From contig RSEE01000091.1 of assembly GCA_003971905.1 (NCBI GenBank), positions 62,001 to 126,000 on the forward strand: 64,000 nucleotides of DNA, in the 5' to 3' direction. The notes beneath the pieces are model-generated. The model saw only the letters and a program-made list of their open reading frames with translations, was not told where the DNA came from and ran no database searches. Shown here piece after piece: positions 25,835 to 38,722 of the stretch. The position numbers and the translations under genes were made by a program. Source of the stretch: Moniliella sp. 'wahieum' (Eukaryota). The stretch's first letter is position 1. Each line of letters starts with the position of its first letter.

Positions 25835-27364
25835 CATGCGCTGTGCAATGCACTCGCCTAGCCCGGCGCCAAGCACCGCCGCGGGCTTGGACGGACGGCA
25901 GCACCGGAGTGCATTGGCACATCTAAGATGCAAGGGTAGAAACGTGCGGCTGGGGTGCTGTGCTCGGCAGCTGGGTGCCAGGTACCCGGTGTTCGCTGCT
26001 GTGGCGACTGCTCCCATGCATCTCACATCTCAGATGCATGCGAAACACCGGGGTGCCCGCCAACCTTAAAGCTTAATCCGCTCGCGTTCCAAGTTGCCAC
26101 CACCCGACCAGTGTCCTGTTGCTGCGTTCAAGCATACTCGAAAGCGCACCGCTTAAGCGCTAAGGCTTAGCGCTTCCCACCCGCAGCACCGCTGAGCCCT
26201 CGGGCATATGGCGACTGCGGCTATGCATCATCCATCGCGTACCCCGCGTAGCACCTCCCCCTCCCTTGGGCATGCCGATCGAATATCGATCGATGGATGG
26301 GATGCATGAGGGGGACACATCGCGAGGCTCAGCCTGAGCGCCCACCAATCAATCCATCGCTCCGATCGCATCCTACATCGCTTCGATCGCATCCCCTCGC
26401 CTATGTGGCCACAACCCCACGTCACATGTCACACGCCTGTCACATCACCCATCCCATCACCCACGTCCATCACCGCCGCTACGTACCGATACGCGCCCTT
26501 AAAGCTTAAAGCTTAAAAGATAAGTTTTGCGCTCCCTCGCCGGCCGCGTGCCGCGTGCCGTGTGCCGCCTCGCCCTGCCACCACGCTGATCGATGATCGC
26601 CCGGCAACCAGGGTGAGCTTTCTAGTAAGCGCTACGAGGACACCACCGAGCCTACGGCCCGGTCCGCTGGGGCTTCGCCCCAGCTTGGTACTTGGTCGCC
26701 ACCTTAGCCACCGTTCCCCCGGTCCAGCCAGCTGCAGTTTATGTGGTAAGCGTGCCACCCGCCACGTTACGGTCCACCTGCCGCGTTCCAGTCCCGCTGC
26801 TGCACATGGGTGATCAAATTCCGCCCAGGGCGGAGTGGGCAATACCATTCCGCTCTCCAGCGTGGACGGTGGAACGGTGGAACGGTGGAACGGGGTGGCT
26901 ATGGTGTGGCCCAGCACACATCTGCATCAGGCTGGGTTGGGGCATAGGCCCCGTGGTCTCGTTTTCACATGAATCACATTGCGGCGGGCCACAAGGCGGG
27001 TCGCTAACCGAAAGGAAACCCACACACATACAGAATTGTGGGGGGAATCCAGGACCCGCATTAGGTAGAAGGAAGCCAGGGGGGCGATGGAGAGGCGTAC
27101 ATATAGGCGCCGTTATTTGCGTGTCAGGGCCAGGGACAAAACAAGAATCACAAAAACCAAGAACCAAAAAACAAAAACCAACCAAAAACAAAGGAAGGGA
27201 AGGAGAGAAGAACCGTGACCCCTACTCCACAGTCCGCTCTCGCTACTGGTAATATAGCGAGCGGTCAAGCATTCGCTCCATGCGATCGATTTCGGCCCGA
27301 TGCATGTGCGTCAGAAAACGTGTCCATCACCGCATGGGATTCTGTTCGTCGCGCCAGGCCGTGG

Positions 27365-28212
27365 TCATGTGGACGAGCTCGCGGAAGCGGCGGTCGGAAA
27401 ACTCGCGGTAAGGCCCATACGGAGCCGGGACAACACACAAGGGAACCGGACCTTGGGGGCTACAACACTGTCCAGCTTTCCGTTAATCAACGATGTTCGC
27501 AGGCACGACAAGAAGCTGTTGTACCTCTCCAGGTCGGGCGGGGGCAAGCACATGAGGGGCAGCACGCGTTGGCGCATTTCAATCGAATCGTGCCATTGGA
27601 GGAGGTGGTTGCGATAGGCGTAGGCCATCAGCTCTTTGGCCTTGAGTTGCAACGGTTTGCTAGCAATGGAAGCCTCTGCCCATTGTTGCTGAAAGCGCTC
27701 GCGGTTCAAGTGCAGAGCATTGTGCATGCCCGCGACAAACAGCTGGGACGCGGCTTGGTGCTCAAACCGCGCGGCGCGCGGCAGGTTGGGGTACATGTCG
27801 AAGATGGCCTGGAACATGTTTTCCAGCTGGTTTACCTCGTCCTCTGACCTCAAGTGGTCCAAGCCAGCAAGCGAGTTGAGTGTGACACGCTCCGAGGACG
27901 CTGGGTTGATCACTGCATCCTCACCCAGATAGTCGCGGCGATCGTTAACCAGATGGCGGAGATGGTGGAGCGCGACGCGCGCCAGCAAGTGGTCCGATGC
28001 CCAGTCATTGTCGTCGGCGCGGAAGTCGGCCAGGAACGTGAGGATGGCATCGAGCACGCGGGGGGCTGCTTGGACGGATCGGGGATGGTGATGAGACTGT
28101 AGAGGTTCGGAGAGACGACAAAGCCGGGGGCAGCCTGAATGCCATTGTAAGCTTCCCTGAGGGCAAGAAAGAGGCGGGCGACGGCTTGGATCGTTTGCTT
28201 CGGCTCTTCCAT
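27365..28212 (-). CDS. Hypothetical protein of ~280 aa, no recognised family; frameshift near 28060
   Basis: ORFs 27910-28212 and 27365-28057 overlap at a homopolymer run and have protein-like composition. Upstream TATATAA on the minus strand at ~28325-28331. Confidence 0.6.
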
Positions 28213-28740
28213 GTTGGGATGTTGGGAATGGGGATGAGGATGGGGATGGGGATTACTGGAGGAGGAGTGGAATGGAGGATGTGGTTCTGAGGCGAGGTAC
28301 AGGAGGCTATGAGAAGGGTAGGGCCTTATATAGACGAGGGTACCGCGGAGCTGAGGGAGCGTCCGGGCGGATAAGAGGGGTGATGACTATCACGCAGGAT
28401 GGCGTGATTGGGGCATCGCCCCAACAGGGATGGGGATGGGGATGGGGATGGGGATGGGAGTGGGGCCCAGGTGTGGAGATGCAGAGGAGATGCAGAGGAG
28501 GATGGAGGAATTATACATGCATACATGCACCCGGTGGGGCCAGACAGGGCAGCGCGTATGCAAGCAGAGCGGGCACTAGGCCTGTCACACGCGCGTCACG
28601 GCGTGCAGCCGCACGAGCCGCACCACGCCAGTCTCGTGCGACGCATAACTAGGCCTGCCTTGCGCGGGGCACAAGCGCTGTGTGGTGTGGTGTGACCGGT
28701 GACATGTGGCATGGGACATGGGACATGCGATGCATGATGC

Positions 28741-29160
28741 ATGATGCTTGACGCGCTTGACGCTTTAAAGGCTGCGCGACACGGGATCGCAAGAGGCGCA
28801 GAGCGCGAAAAACGTACCGGCGGGTGGTGCACGAGAGCACTGCGTCGCCTTTGGAACGCCGGGAGAAGGAGCTGCTTCGGATGCTTGAACAAGCAGAATG
28901 CGACAAGAACGCCAAGTACCAGGGACGCACTCAAGAGCCGTTTCCCCCCGATTTTGACGACGCGAGGATACTACGGCACCAAGACGGCGGGCAAGTTGTT
29001 TGCGCATTGGAAGGAGTTGGCTACTACGTCTCAGTGGAAATGGTTCCTCGCTCGGATGTCAACCACGCTCCTCCGTGTCCACACGCGCTTCCTAGGGTAC
29101 GGGACCGGATGGCGAGAGCCGGAGGGTCCTGATATCCTGGCGATCCCCCTGGTTCCTTGA
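28741..29160 (+). CDS. Small hypothetical protein, copy A of a two-member family
   Basis: C-terminus HTRFLGYGTGWREPEGPDILAIPLVP is homologous to ORF 54739-55023; start uncertain. Confidence 0.45.
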   Translation: MMLDALDALKAARHGIARGAEREKRTGGWCTRALRRLWNAGRRSCFGCLNKQNATRTPSTRDALKSRFPPILTTRGYYGTKTAGKLFAHWKELATTSQWKWFLARMSTTLLRVHTRFLGYGTGWREPEGPDILAIPLVP

Positions 29161-29458
29161 CCTTAGTGGCGCTTCCAAGTAACCCCCGCAAGATGAACGG
29201 TTCGGTTTAGACGTAGCGTTCCCCCTGTCCCAGCCTTAAGCTCTGTCAATGAAATGGACGCAACATAGAGATGCCGTTCTCAGTTCGCAGCGCCTCAGCT
29301 TCCTTGCCGTTTCAGAGGTTGGAGCTTGGTGGCCGGTCGCCGGTGGACACTGGTTGCGGGTCACCGGTCACTGGTCACTTACCACCAGGGGGTGAAAAGG
29401 CCAGTCGATGATTAAAACCCCTTGTCTGCACCGGAAAGAAAAAAAGATCGAAAAACAT

Positions 29459-29530
29459 TGGACGAACAGGGAATTGAACCCCGGACCTCATGCATGCTAA
29501 GCAAGCGCTCTACCCCTGAGCTATCCGCCC
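29459..29530 (-). tRNA. tRNA-Ala(AGC)
   Basis: GGGCGGATAGCTCAGGGGTAGAGCGCTTGCTTAGCATGCATGAGGTCCGGGGTTCAATTCCCTGTTCGTCCA: cloverleaf, anticodon AGC, G3:U70 alanine identity pair, oligo-T Pol III terminator just downstream. Confidence 0.96.
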
Positions 29531-29889
29531 CTTTGTGGCAGAAGGGTCGCTGGAAAGGCCAGCTTCTGTGATTGGTGCCGAGTGGAGATCAATCGATGGA
29601 CGCGGCTCGTGTTGTACCTACCTCCTCGACTTGTCCCACGATGGGCAGCATTTGTTTTGTACCACACTCTGATTTGCTGCAAAACCTGCATCCAGATGAG
29701 GTTGAGTACTGGTCTCTGGGGCGACATGGTGTGGCATCAACCCATGGTGCGTCCTCCATCGCGTTCTGCCATTGGATGGCAGGATGGGTACTCGCGGTGG
29801 GGTTGAAAGTTGCAGGCGCACAGGCCGGATGGATCTGTGCGGGCGACGCTTCTCTGCCTGTCTCTTCCCCCACCCGCCGCAGGCCTCGG

Positions 29890-32808
29890 ATGAACTCGCA
29901 ACCGCCGTCGCTCGAGGGCCCTGCACCCCTCCTCCCGCCCGACCACCACCACCACCCGCTGCCGCTGCCGCTGGCGCCATGGCTTGATCCACCGCCAGCC
30001 CCGGCCCCCGCTCCCCTCGCCGCTCCCCTCGCCGCTCCCCTCGCCGCTCCCCTCACCGCCTCTTTCCCGCCCGCCCGCTCCTCCTTGGCCTCGGCCCAGC
30101 CCAGCGTCGCCCCCGCACCCACCCCCATCCCCAGCGCCCCCCGCCTCGGCCCTCGGAACAGCTTCCATGCCCGTTATCGTGTCTGATGAACCTGCCCAGC
30201 CCTCCTCTCCGCCTCGTGCGCCATTGTCATCGCGCCCCAATCCTCACCCCGCTTCTGGGTTTGGCCTCAACACACTGCCTACTTCTGCCCCATCGACCCA
30301 TCCCGTGCCTCTGCCTGGCGCATTGCCCGTTACGCCATTGTCGTTCCCCGCTGTCGGTCCTTCAGTCCTGACACCGGCTGCGGCAGCAGAGGCGACATCA
30401 CTCGCTTGGGCCGTACCCCCCTTTTCCTTCCCGCCCCAACCTGCGGCTACTACGTCATCTGCTTCACTTTCTTCTTCCTCTTTAGCCGGGGCGTACCCTC
30501 CTCCGCGGACCCTAGCCACGCCAGCCGTACCGGCCCAAACGCCTGTTCCAGCTCCTTTGCCAGTACCTGTTCCTGCGCCTGCCCTCGTGCCCTCAGAAGC
30601 AGGTCAGGCCAGGGCTCCCGTCGCGCCTCGTCCCAAACCTCAACTCTTGACTAAGCCCCGCCTCAGCCTCAGCCTCAGCCTCAGCTCAGCCGCACCCTCC
30701 CCATCCGACCCAATCTCCACCGCATTCTACTCCATCCCACCCCAAGCCCCACCTAAGAAAACATGCCATTGCGCCAGCATGATTGCCCGGCTGTGAGAGC
30801 CAACAAGCCGAATGCGCCACTTGCAAGACAAGGTTCGTCCTCCTCCCGTGCGCGCATTTGGGTTCCCCTTCTTTCACACGATCTGACTGATTTGTTGAAC
30901 CAGACACCATGTGCTTTGCAACCTGATCAGAGGCGACTCACTCTGCGTCAATTGCCGACCGAACCGGCTGGCTGTCCCACCACCCACTGGGATCACTGGG
31001 ATCAAGAGACCTGCACCAACTGCGCCCATTCCCAAACCGGCCAAAAGACAGCGTTGTCGTCTCCGCTTTATCCAAAGAGTTCATCCTCGGCTGCACTGGG
31101 CCCACGGCCTCCTCCCTCTCAAGCGCTGCGAACCCAAGCTGTCCAGCAACTTCGGTCTGCTTTTGCTGCGTTGTGGGAGCAGGCCAAGGACGGTACCGAT
31201 GCCTCTGTCCGCGCAGCCAAGGCTGCCGATACGGCACAGGCGGTCGAAGCGCATTTGTGGAACCGGGTGGTAAGTAGTTCTCCTGCTGTCGTTCCTTCCC
31301 CCTCTACAACCACGGGAACGGGAACGGGGGGAAATTCAAACAACGTGCCGCGGGTCTTGTGGGATCGACTTCGTCCGCCCACGCGTTGGCACACAAAAGT
31401 CCAACTTGGCCACGTACCGTGATCGGCTACGCATCTTGTTGGTCCAACTGAAGAATAAACGCAACACAGCCTTGCACCAACAGATTGTGTCTTGTGCATT
31501 GTCCCCTGCGCAGTTGGCTGAACTTACTCCTGACCAACTGGCCAGCGAGGCTATGCGTTCCTTGATCGCTTCAACGCGCAAAGATAACTTGGCCTCATCG
31601 GTCGTCCCGCGAGATCCGACGGACCACGATCAGGTCGTCATAGTTGATTCGGATTCTGATTCTGATTCTGAACGGGATTCTCGACCGAATACAGGCCCGT
31701 CCGTCTCCCCTGGTTCGCGTCCTGACTCGTCCTCGTCTACTTCGAAGCAACCGTCCAAGTGGTGGCATCAATGTCACCGTCACAGTCACCGTCGACGTCC
31801 TCTTTACCCCATCCACCCAGTCGCTCCCGCGCTCCCCACCCGGACCGCGGGGGCAAACCGATTTCCAAACCTCCTGCCCGGACCGGGACCGCTACTGCAG
31901 CTCCCCGCACCTTGCCATCCAAGGGTACTACCAAACGTCCGCCTGCGCTGGCCAAGGCGGCTGCTCGTACTGCCCCGGTTAAAACGACAGCGTCGACCAA
32001 GTCGTCCGCTTCCCCCTTTACGGCGCTCAACCTCGACCGCCTCTTGTCTGCTGTCAACGCTCCTCCTCCGCCTAAGGAGCATGAACTGGTCGAAAAGGGT
32101 AGAGCGGCACGGCAAGCTCAAGGTCCAACATTGCCTTCGTCTCCTTCTCTTTCTACTTCTCTTCTACTTCTACTTCTACTTCTACTTCCTCCCACCCCGA
32201 CCGGTCCCATCCCAACGGCGCGACTACCGTCTTCCCTCCCACCTCTACCTCTCCTGCACCTGGTGGTGGGACCGATGGTACGACCGATGGTGGTGGGTAT
32301 GTTTCGCTTCCCTCGCCCCCGTCCGACCTGACATCGCGATCCTCCTGGACCAACTCAAAACCTCCATGCGATCCCTCCTGCCTCCGCGCCCGAACCCGAG
32401 CCCGAGGAGCACCCTACCAACTCTGCAGGGGACCCACTGCTCCCCCCACCCGACCACGCCGATCCCCCACCCTCTCGCGTCGACCTCGTCGACAACTCAA
32501 CTTGCCGCCATCCCCCCCTTCCGGACGCTGTGACGAGCGCACCGCCTCCCGTGCAGGGACGTCCTGTCCCCTCGGACCGGACTTGGTCCAGGACCGGGTG
32601 GGTCACGTCCACTTCAGATGCCGGGCAGGGCGTGCCTCATGTGCCTGATCTGCCTCATGCGCTGTGTGGTGGTGTGCCCGATGTGCCGGATGTGGCTGGT
32701 GTGACTGGTGTGGCTAGGTCTGGGTCCGGGTCGGGGTCGGGGCCAGAGGTGGATTCAAGTTCGAGTTCGAGTTCGTTGGTGCAGCAGTTACTGCAGCGGT
32801 TAGGGTAG
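29890..32808 (+). CDS. PHD-finger plus TFIIS central-domain protein (Bye1-like), Pro-rich, frameshifted
   Basis: KTCHC...ECATCKTR, intron ~30832-30903, HHVLCNLIRGDSLCVNC gives a C4HC3 pattern. TYRDRLRILLVQLKNKRNTALHQQIVSCALSPAQLAELTPDQLASEAM is TFIIS_M-like. Both ends approximate. Confidence 0.7.
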
Positions 32809-32853
32809 CTTAGCTCACAGCTGGCCAAACGGTCTATGCTCTCGCGTCTACTT

Positions 32854-32975
32854 GGTCGTGGTACGTGGTACGTGGTAGTGGTACGTGGTCGTTGGTACGT
32901 GGTACGTGGTCCTTGGTACGTGGTACGTCGTGGTACTGGTACGCGGTACTTGGTACGTGGTACTTGCTACGTGGT
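32854..32975. repeat. Degenerate heptamer array (TGGTACG)n
   Basis: Directly visible, more than 12 imperfect copies. Confidence 0.9.
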
Positions 32976-33650
32976 ATGGGTGGCAAGACGAAACGGACTA
33001 TGGCTTGTACCTGGGTGTGTACGAGTTCGCTGCGGCCGGCTTGTGCTGCTCAAACGCTAAACGCTAAACGCTAAGCGATAGCGGTAAACGGTAGCGGTAG
33101 CGGTCCAGGTTAACCCCCCAACCCCCTCCGCTGCTCATGTCGTAGTAGGATGATCGAGTTCGATGGCATGCCTGTGGATCTCAAGTGAGCTAGTGAGTAG
33201 TGAGAAGTGATGGCTGTCGGACGATGAGTGAGTGTGTAGGGCGAGCCGGCGAGGCCGGAGGGAGTGGGAGCAATGTGGATGACTAAGATGTAAGATGTAA
33301 GATCCTACACCGTGTCCGAGGTTCAGTCCAATTCGGTGCGCTGGAAACTAGTGAAGAGCCTCCTAGTGTTGCACGATTGGAATATTGAGTACTCAGACTG
33401 AGTGGAGCAGCGGGCCGAGGAGACTACGTTCCACGCACAAATGGTCAATATTCAATGGTCACCGGTCACCGGTAACCGGTCACAATTCAATGTTCAAATT
33501 GCAACGCGCAACCGGGCGGCCGCCACGCACGTAAGCCGTAAGCTAAGCGCCAAGTAGTCTCGCTGCTCCACACCGCGGGGAGGGGGGGGGCTGGTCTGGC
33601 ATCTTGCGTCTTGGCTACCACCCCACCCTCTCTGCGCTTCCACCCTCACC

Positions 33651-34365
33651 ATGGGCCAACAGGTTCCCAGCTGCTCGACGAGATTGAGCACACGACCAAT
33701 TGTATGCCCCCCCTCCCCTCTCCCCTTGCTGCGCCTGCACTTGACTTGTTACTCGTTACTCGTTGCTCGTTGTTGCGGTGTTGCTCTTGGCTCTTGGCTC
33801 GGCCCAGTCCCCCTCCCTCTGCTCTGAGACCCGAGACCTGACTGTGACCTCCCTTGACCACGTACTTTGCTACCCCTACCTTGTCTAGTCTCTGGCCCCG
33901 AGATTCGGCGGCTGAAGAAACGGTTTATGAAGCTGGACACGAATGGGTCCGGATCGATTGAGACGGAAGAGTTTCTTCAGATTCCTACTGTGGCCAATAA
34001 CCCGCTTGCTCTTCGTCTCATCTCCATCTTTGACGAAAGTTCGTCCCCCCCCCCACTTGCTCGTCTCCAGCCTCCGCTGTCCTTCCTGCTACCTCACGTG
34101 TGCGAACGCAGACTGACTCTTGTTACTTTTTCTTCTTCTTCTTCGGCTCCTAGTGGCACGGGCACGGTCGACTTTAAGGAATTTGTCAAGGGTCTCAGTG
34201 CGTTCACAACAACGGCAGTTCGGACGAGAAGCTGAAGTGTACGTCGAGTTCTGGTGTGGTTCTGGGGGAGGGTGTGATGCATGGTGTATGGTGTTGCCGC
34301 GAGCGCTCCACATACCAAGGGGTACCGATCGAACTAACCACCAACTAAACGCGCGTGTGCCACTC

Positions 34366-34423
<58 letters not shown>

Positions 34424-34819
34424 TTGTTGTGTTGTTGTTGTTGGGGGTGGGGGGTCAGTTGCCTTCAAGGTCTACGACATGGACCGAGATGGATACATCT
34501 CCAATGGCGAGCTCTTTCTCGTTCTCAAGATGATGGTCGGCAAAACCTCAAGGACCACAGCTGCAGCAGATCACCGATAAGACCATCATGGAAGCCGACA
34601 AGGATGGCGATGGCAAGATTGACTTTGAAGAGTTCAAGGCCATGGTTGCCAACACGGATGTACGTCCCCCCCTCCCCCCCTTGTTTGTGGCTATGAGGGC
34701 TACAAGGAGGAGGCGAGTTACCCTGTGTGAGGCCAGGTGGACTGACAGTGTGACCCGGTGTGGCTTATTGCTTGTCTAAACAGATCGCCAAGCAACTAAC
34801 GTTGGAGGACCTATTTTGA
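33651..34819 (+). CDS. CNB1: Calcineurin regulatory subunit B
   Basis: MG N-terminus; [111 protein letters not shown]. Four introns. Confidence 0.95.
34366..34422. repeat. (GAT)19 microsatellite inside CNB1 intron 3
   Basis: Directly visible. Confidence 0.95.
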
Positions 34820-35625
34820 TCCATGGATCCCACTCCATTCCGTTCCGTTCCATTCATTCGATCTCGACTCGGTGGACGGGGTGTCGTGCTCACGCGCCTA
34901 TGCATACGGGTGCATGTGGGTATGCCCCCCCCGGGGTGTGCGTGGACTAGTGGCGCCAAGCTTCAAGCTTCAAGCTTCAAGCTCAAGTTTCAAGAGCGCG
35001 CCGGTGCTTGGTGTGGCCCATCCATCCGGGGCAACATTGTACTACTTACCATCCCGTGTGTGTGGTGTGGCGTAGTGTCAGGTGTCTGGTGTCAGCCCTC
35101 AGATAGGAGGTAGGAGGCTCTGTGGATTGCAGTGGCTAGCCTAGGCCAGCTCGACTTAATCATTCTGCGTTGGCGCGGTAAGCGGGATGCTAGAGCATCC
35201 CAGGGCATCCCTCCTGGGACAGCGTGGCAGTGGCAAATGGCTGGGAGGATGGATGCGTGGGTTGTGCGCGGCGGAATGTGTTGGCGGAATGGGTGGGCAT
35301 GGATGATCGATGGTCCAATCTACCGGCAGCACAGCACAGCAATGCTCAATGCTCCCCCGCCCCGCACGGCGCCACTCAACGTGGCACCCCTGGGCGGAAC
35401 CAGGGGCGGAAGCAGCCGCCCAGCAGGGGGACTGGCGCTGTGCGGCATGGATCCCAGCGCGCGGGGACACACACACTGCCCCTGTGCGGGCGCAGCTGGT
35501 CGTTTTTTTTTTTTTTCTTCGGCCCCCGCCTGGGTTGGGAAGGGCAGCTGAGGTATAAACCTTGCGTCTGTCGGACCGGGTGCCGGGGCTTCTTTCTCTA
35601 CACCAGGTTCACTCTATCGTTCACC

Positions 35626-37087
<1,462 letters not shown>

Positions 37088-38722
37088 GCGCTTGGTCCCG
37101 CTAGGCTTTCTTGAGCTCCTCGTCCGTTGTCCGTCGTACCGAGGAGCTCGAATAAAAAACACCACATTTTTCCCCTTTTTCGCCCGAGAGCAAGCCTCGG
37201 AGTGTGCTTGTACCCCCCCTCCCTTATTGCATCTTTCATGCTGCATTCGTCCTGCCGGTATCACGCGATCACGTATCTTGAGTCGTTCTTCGCACACTAG
37301 GTCCGCATGCTCCGCCTGGCCAACGCTGTCAGTACTCGATGCCGAATGTCCATTTAGGTATAGCTACGGATACGAAGCAAATACATGTGGGTAGGTAGCT
37401 GTGCAAGTGGCCGGAAGGATACGTTGATCGGTTGGTCCTGCGGAGCTCGTGAGGATGGTTTGTAGGTGCTTGGGAAGCGGGGGGGGTTGGGCCCGACGCG
37501 CCCGTACTTTGTCCGAGTGAAACCGGGAGGGGCGTAGGGTGCTCCCATTCGGCCAGAGGCACATCCACACCCCGGACTAACGTCTAACCCCCTCCCTATA
37601 GTACTCAATCAAACCATGACACCAGCACACGACGAATCAAATTGGAGAACTTGTAGGCGCCAATGTGCGCCGCGGTACGTGCCCCGTCAGCTACGTTCGA
37701 ACGCGAACCCACACTCGGATCCAGTAGGCAACCGTCGATGCGTAAGGTCTATTGGCGGGATGTGCCCACGGGGGACTTGGCGCATGTCGGGGCACAGCGG
37801 CCGCGGGTCCGACGCCGACGGCGCTTGGTGGCACAAGCGTGAGAGACAAACACGTACTTTGCGGGCGATTTCGGGGCTGGCTGGAGCGCTTGTACCAGCT
37901 AAGAACCGAGTTGGGCAAAGGTCCAGTGCAGCTACCGTTCCATCTGGTGTATTATGGGTGTGAGTACTAAGTGGAGAGAGCGTTTCGGGGACCAACTATA
38001 GACGCGCAGGTGCAGCAGCGCAGCGTGGTCAGTAGGACGGCCGAGCTTGGTGAGGCGCATACTCGTCGCCGGTAGCTCGTCCAGCGCCGCGCGCTTGCGT
38101 CGTCCCCACCCACCCGCCCTCGTCCGCGTACGCGTCCTGCGCCACCGACGGAGACACCGACGGCGACATCGACGGCGACATGAGGCCGACTGGGTCCTCC
38201 GGCCGAGCACTGTATATTAGTTTCGCCTGCTTTGCCTCGACGTTCAAGTTCAAGTACAAAGTGCTGTTGCATTGCAGTTGCAGTTTGAGGCAGGTGCAGG
38301 GGCGGAATGTTGGCTGGTGGAGCCCACATGGACTGTTCGCCCGGCTACCGGCGGAGATTTCCCACTGTGCGCGAGAGTTTTTCTGCTGGGTTAGGACTTA
38401 GGGTCCGTGCACGCTCGCCCTCGATCGCCACTGGCGCTGTGCCCCGCCGCCCCACCCCCCGGTTCGGTGCATGAAACACGGCAGGACTGGCCACTAGGGC
38501 ATAGCACCCGCCACGAGTGGTCGTGACGCGTGACGGTCCTCGGTACTCGTGTTGAGTGTTGTTGAGTGCTGGTGAATACCGAGTTCAGTGCCCAGTCCCA
38601 TGCGCAAAAATTGACGTCATCTCCGCCTAACCTCATGGCCTCATGCTCATGACTGGCTCAATTCAGCTTCATTTCTTCCCCACCTCCTTCTCCCTTTTCT
38701 TCCTCCCCCCACCCCCCCTACC

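Noticed and set aside
34355..34696. Poly-Met or poly-Asp ORFs
   Set aside because: Translation artefacts of the intronic (GAT)19 repeat
37330..38330. Chain of short minus-strand ORFs between TEF1 and the M13 peptidase
   Set aside because: Could be a decayed gene, but no motif I can identify and several stops
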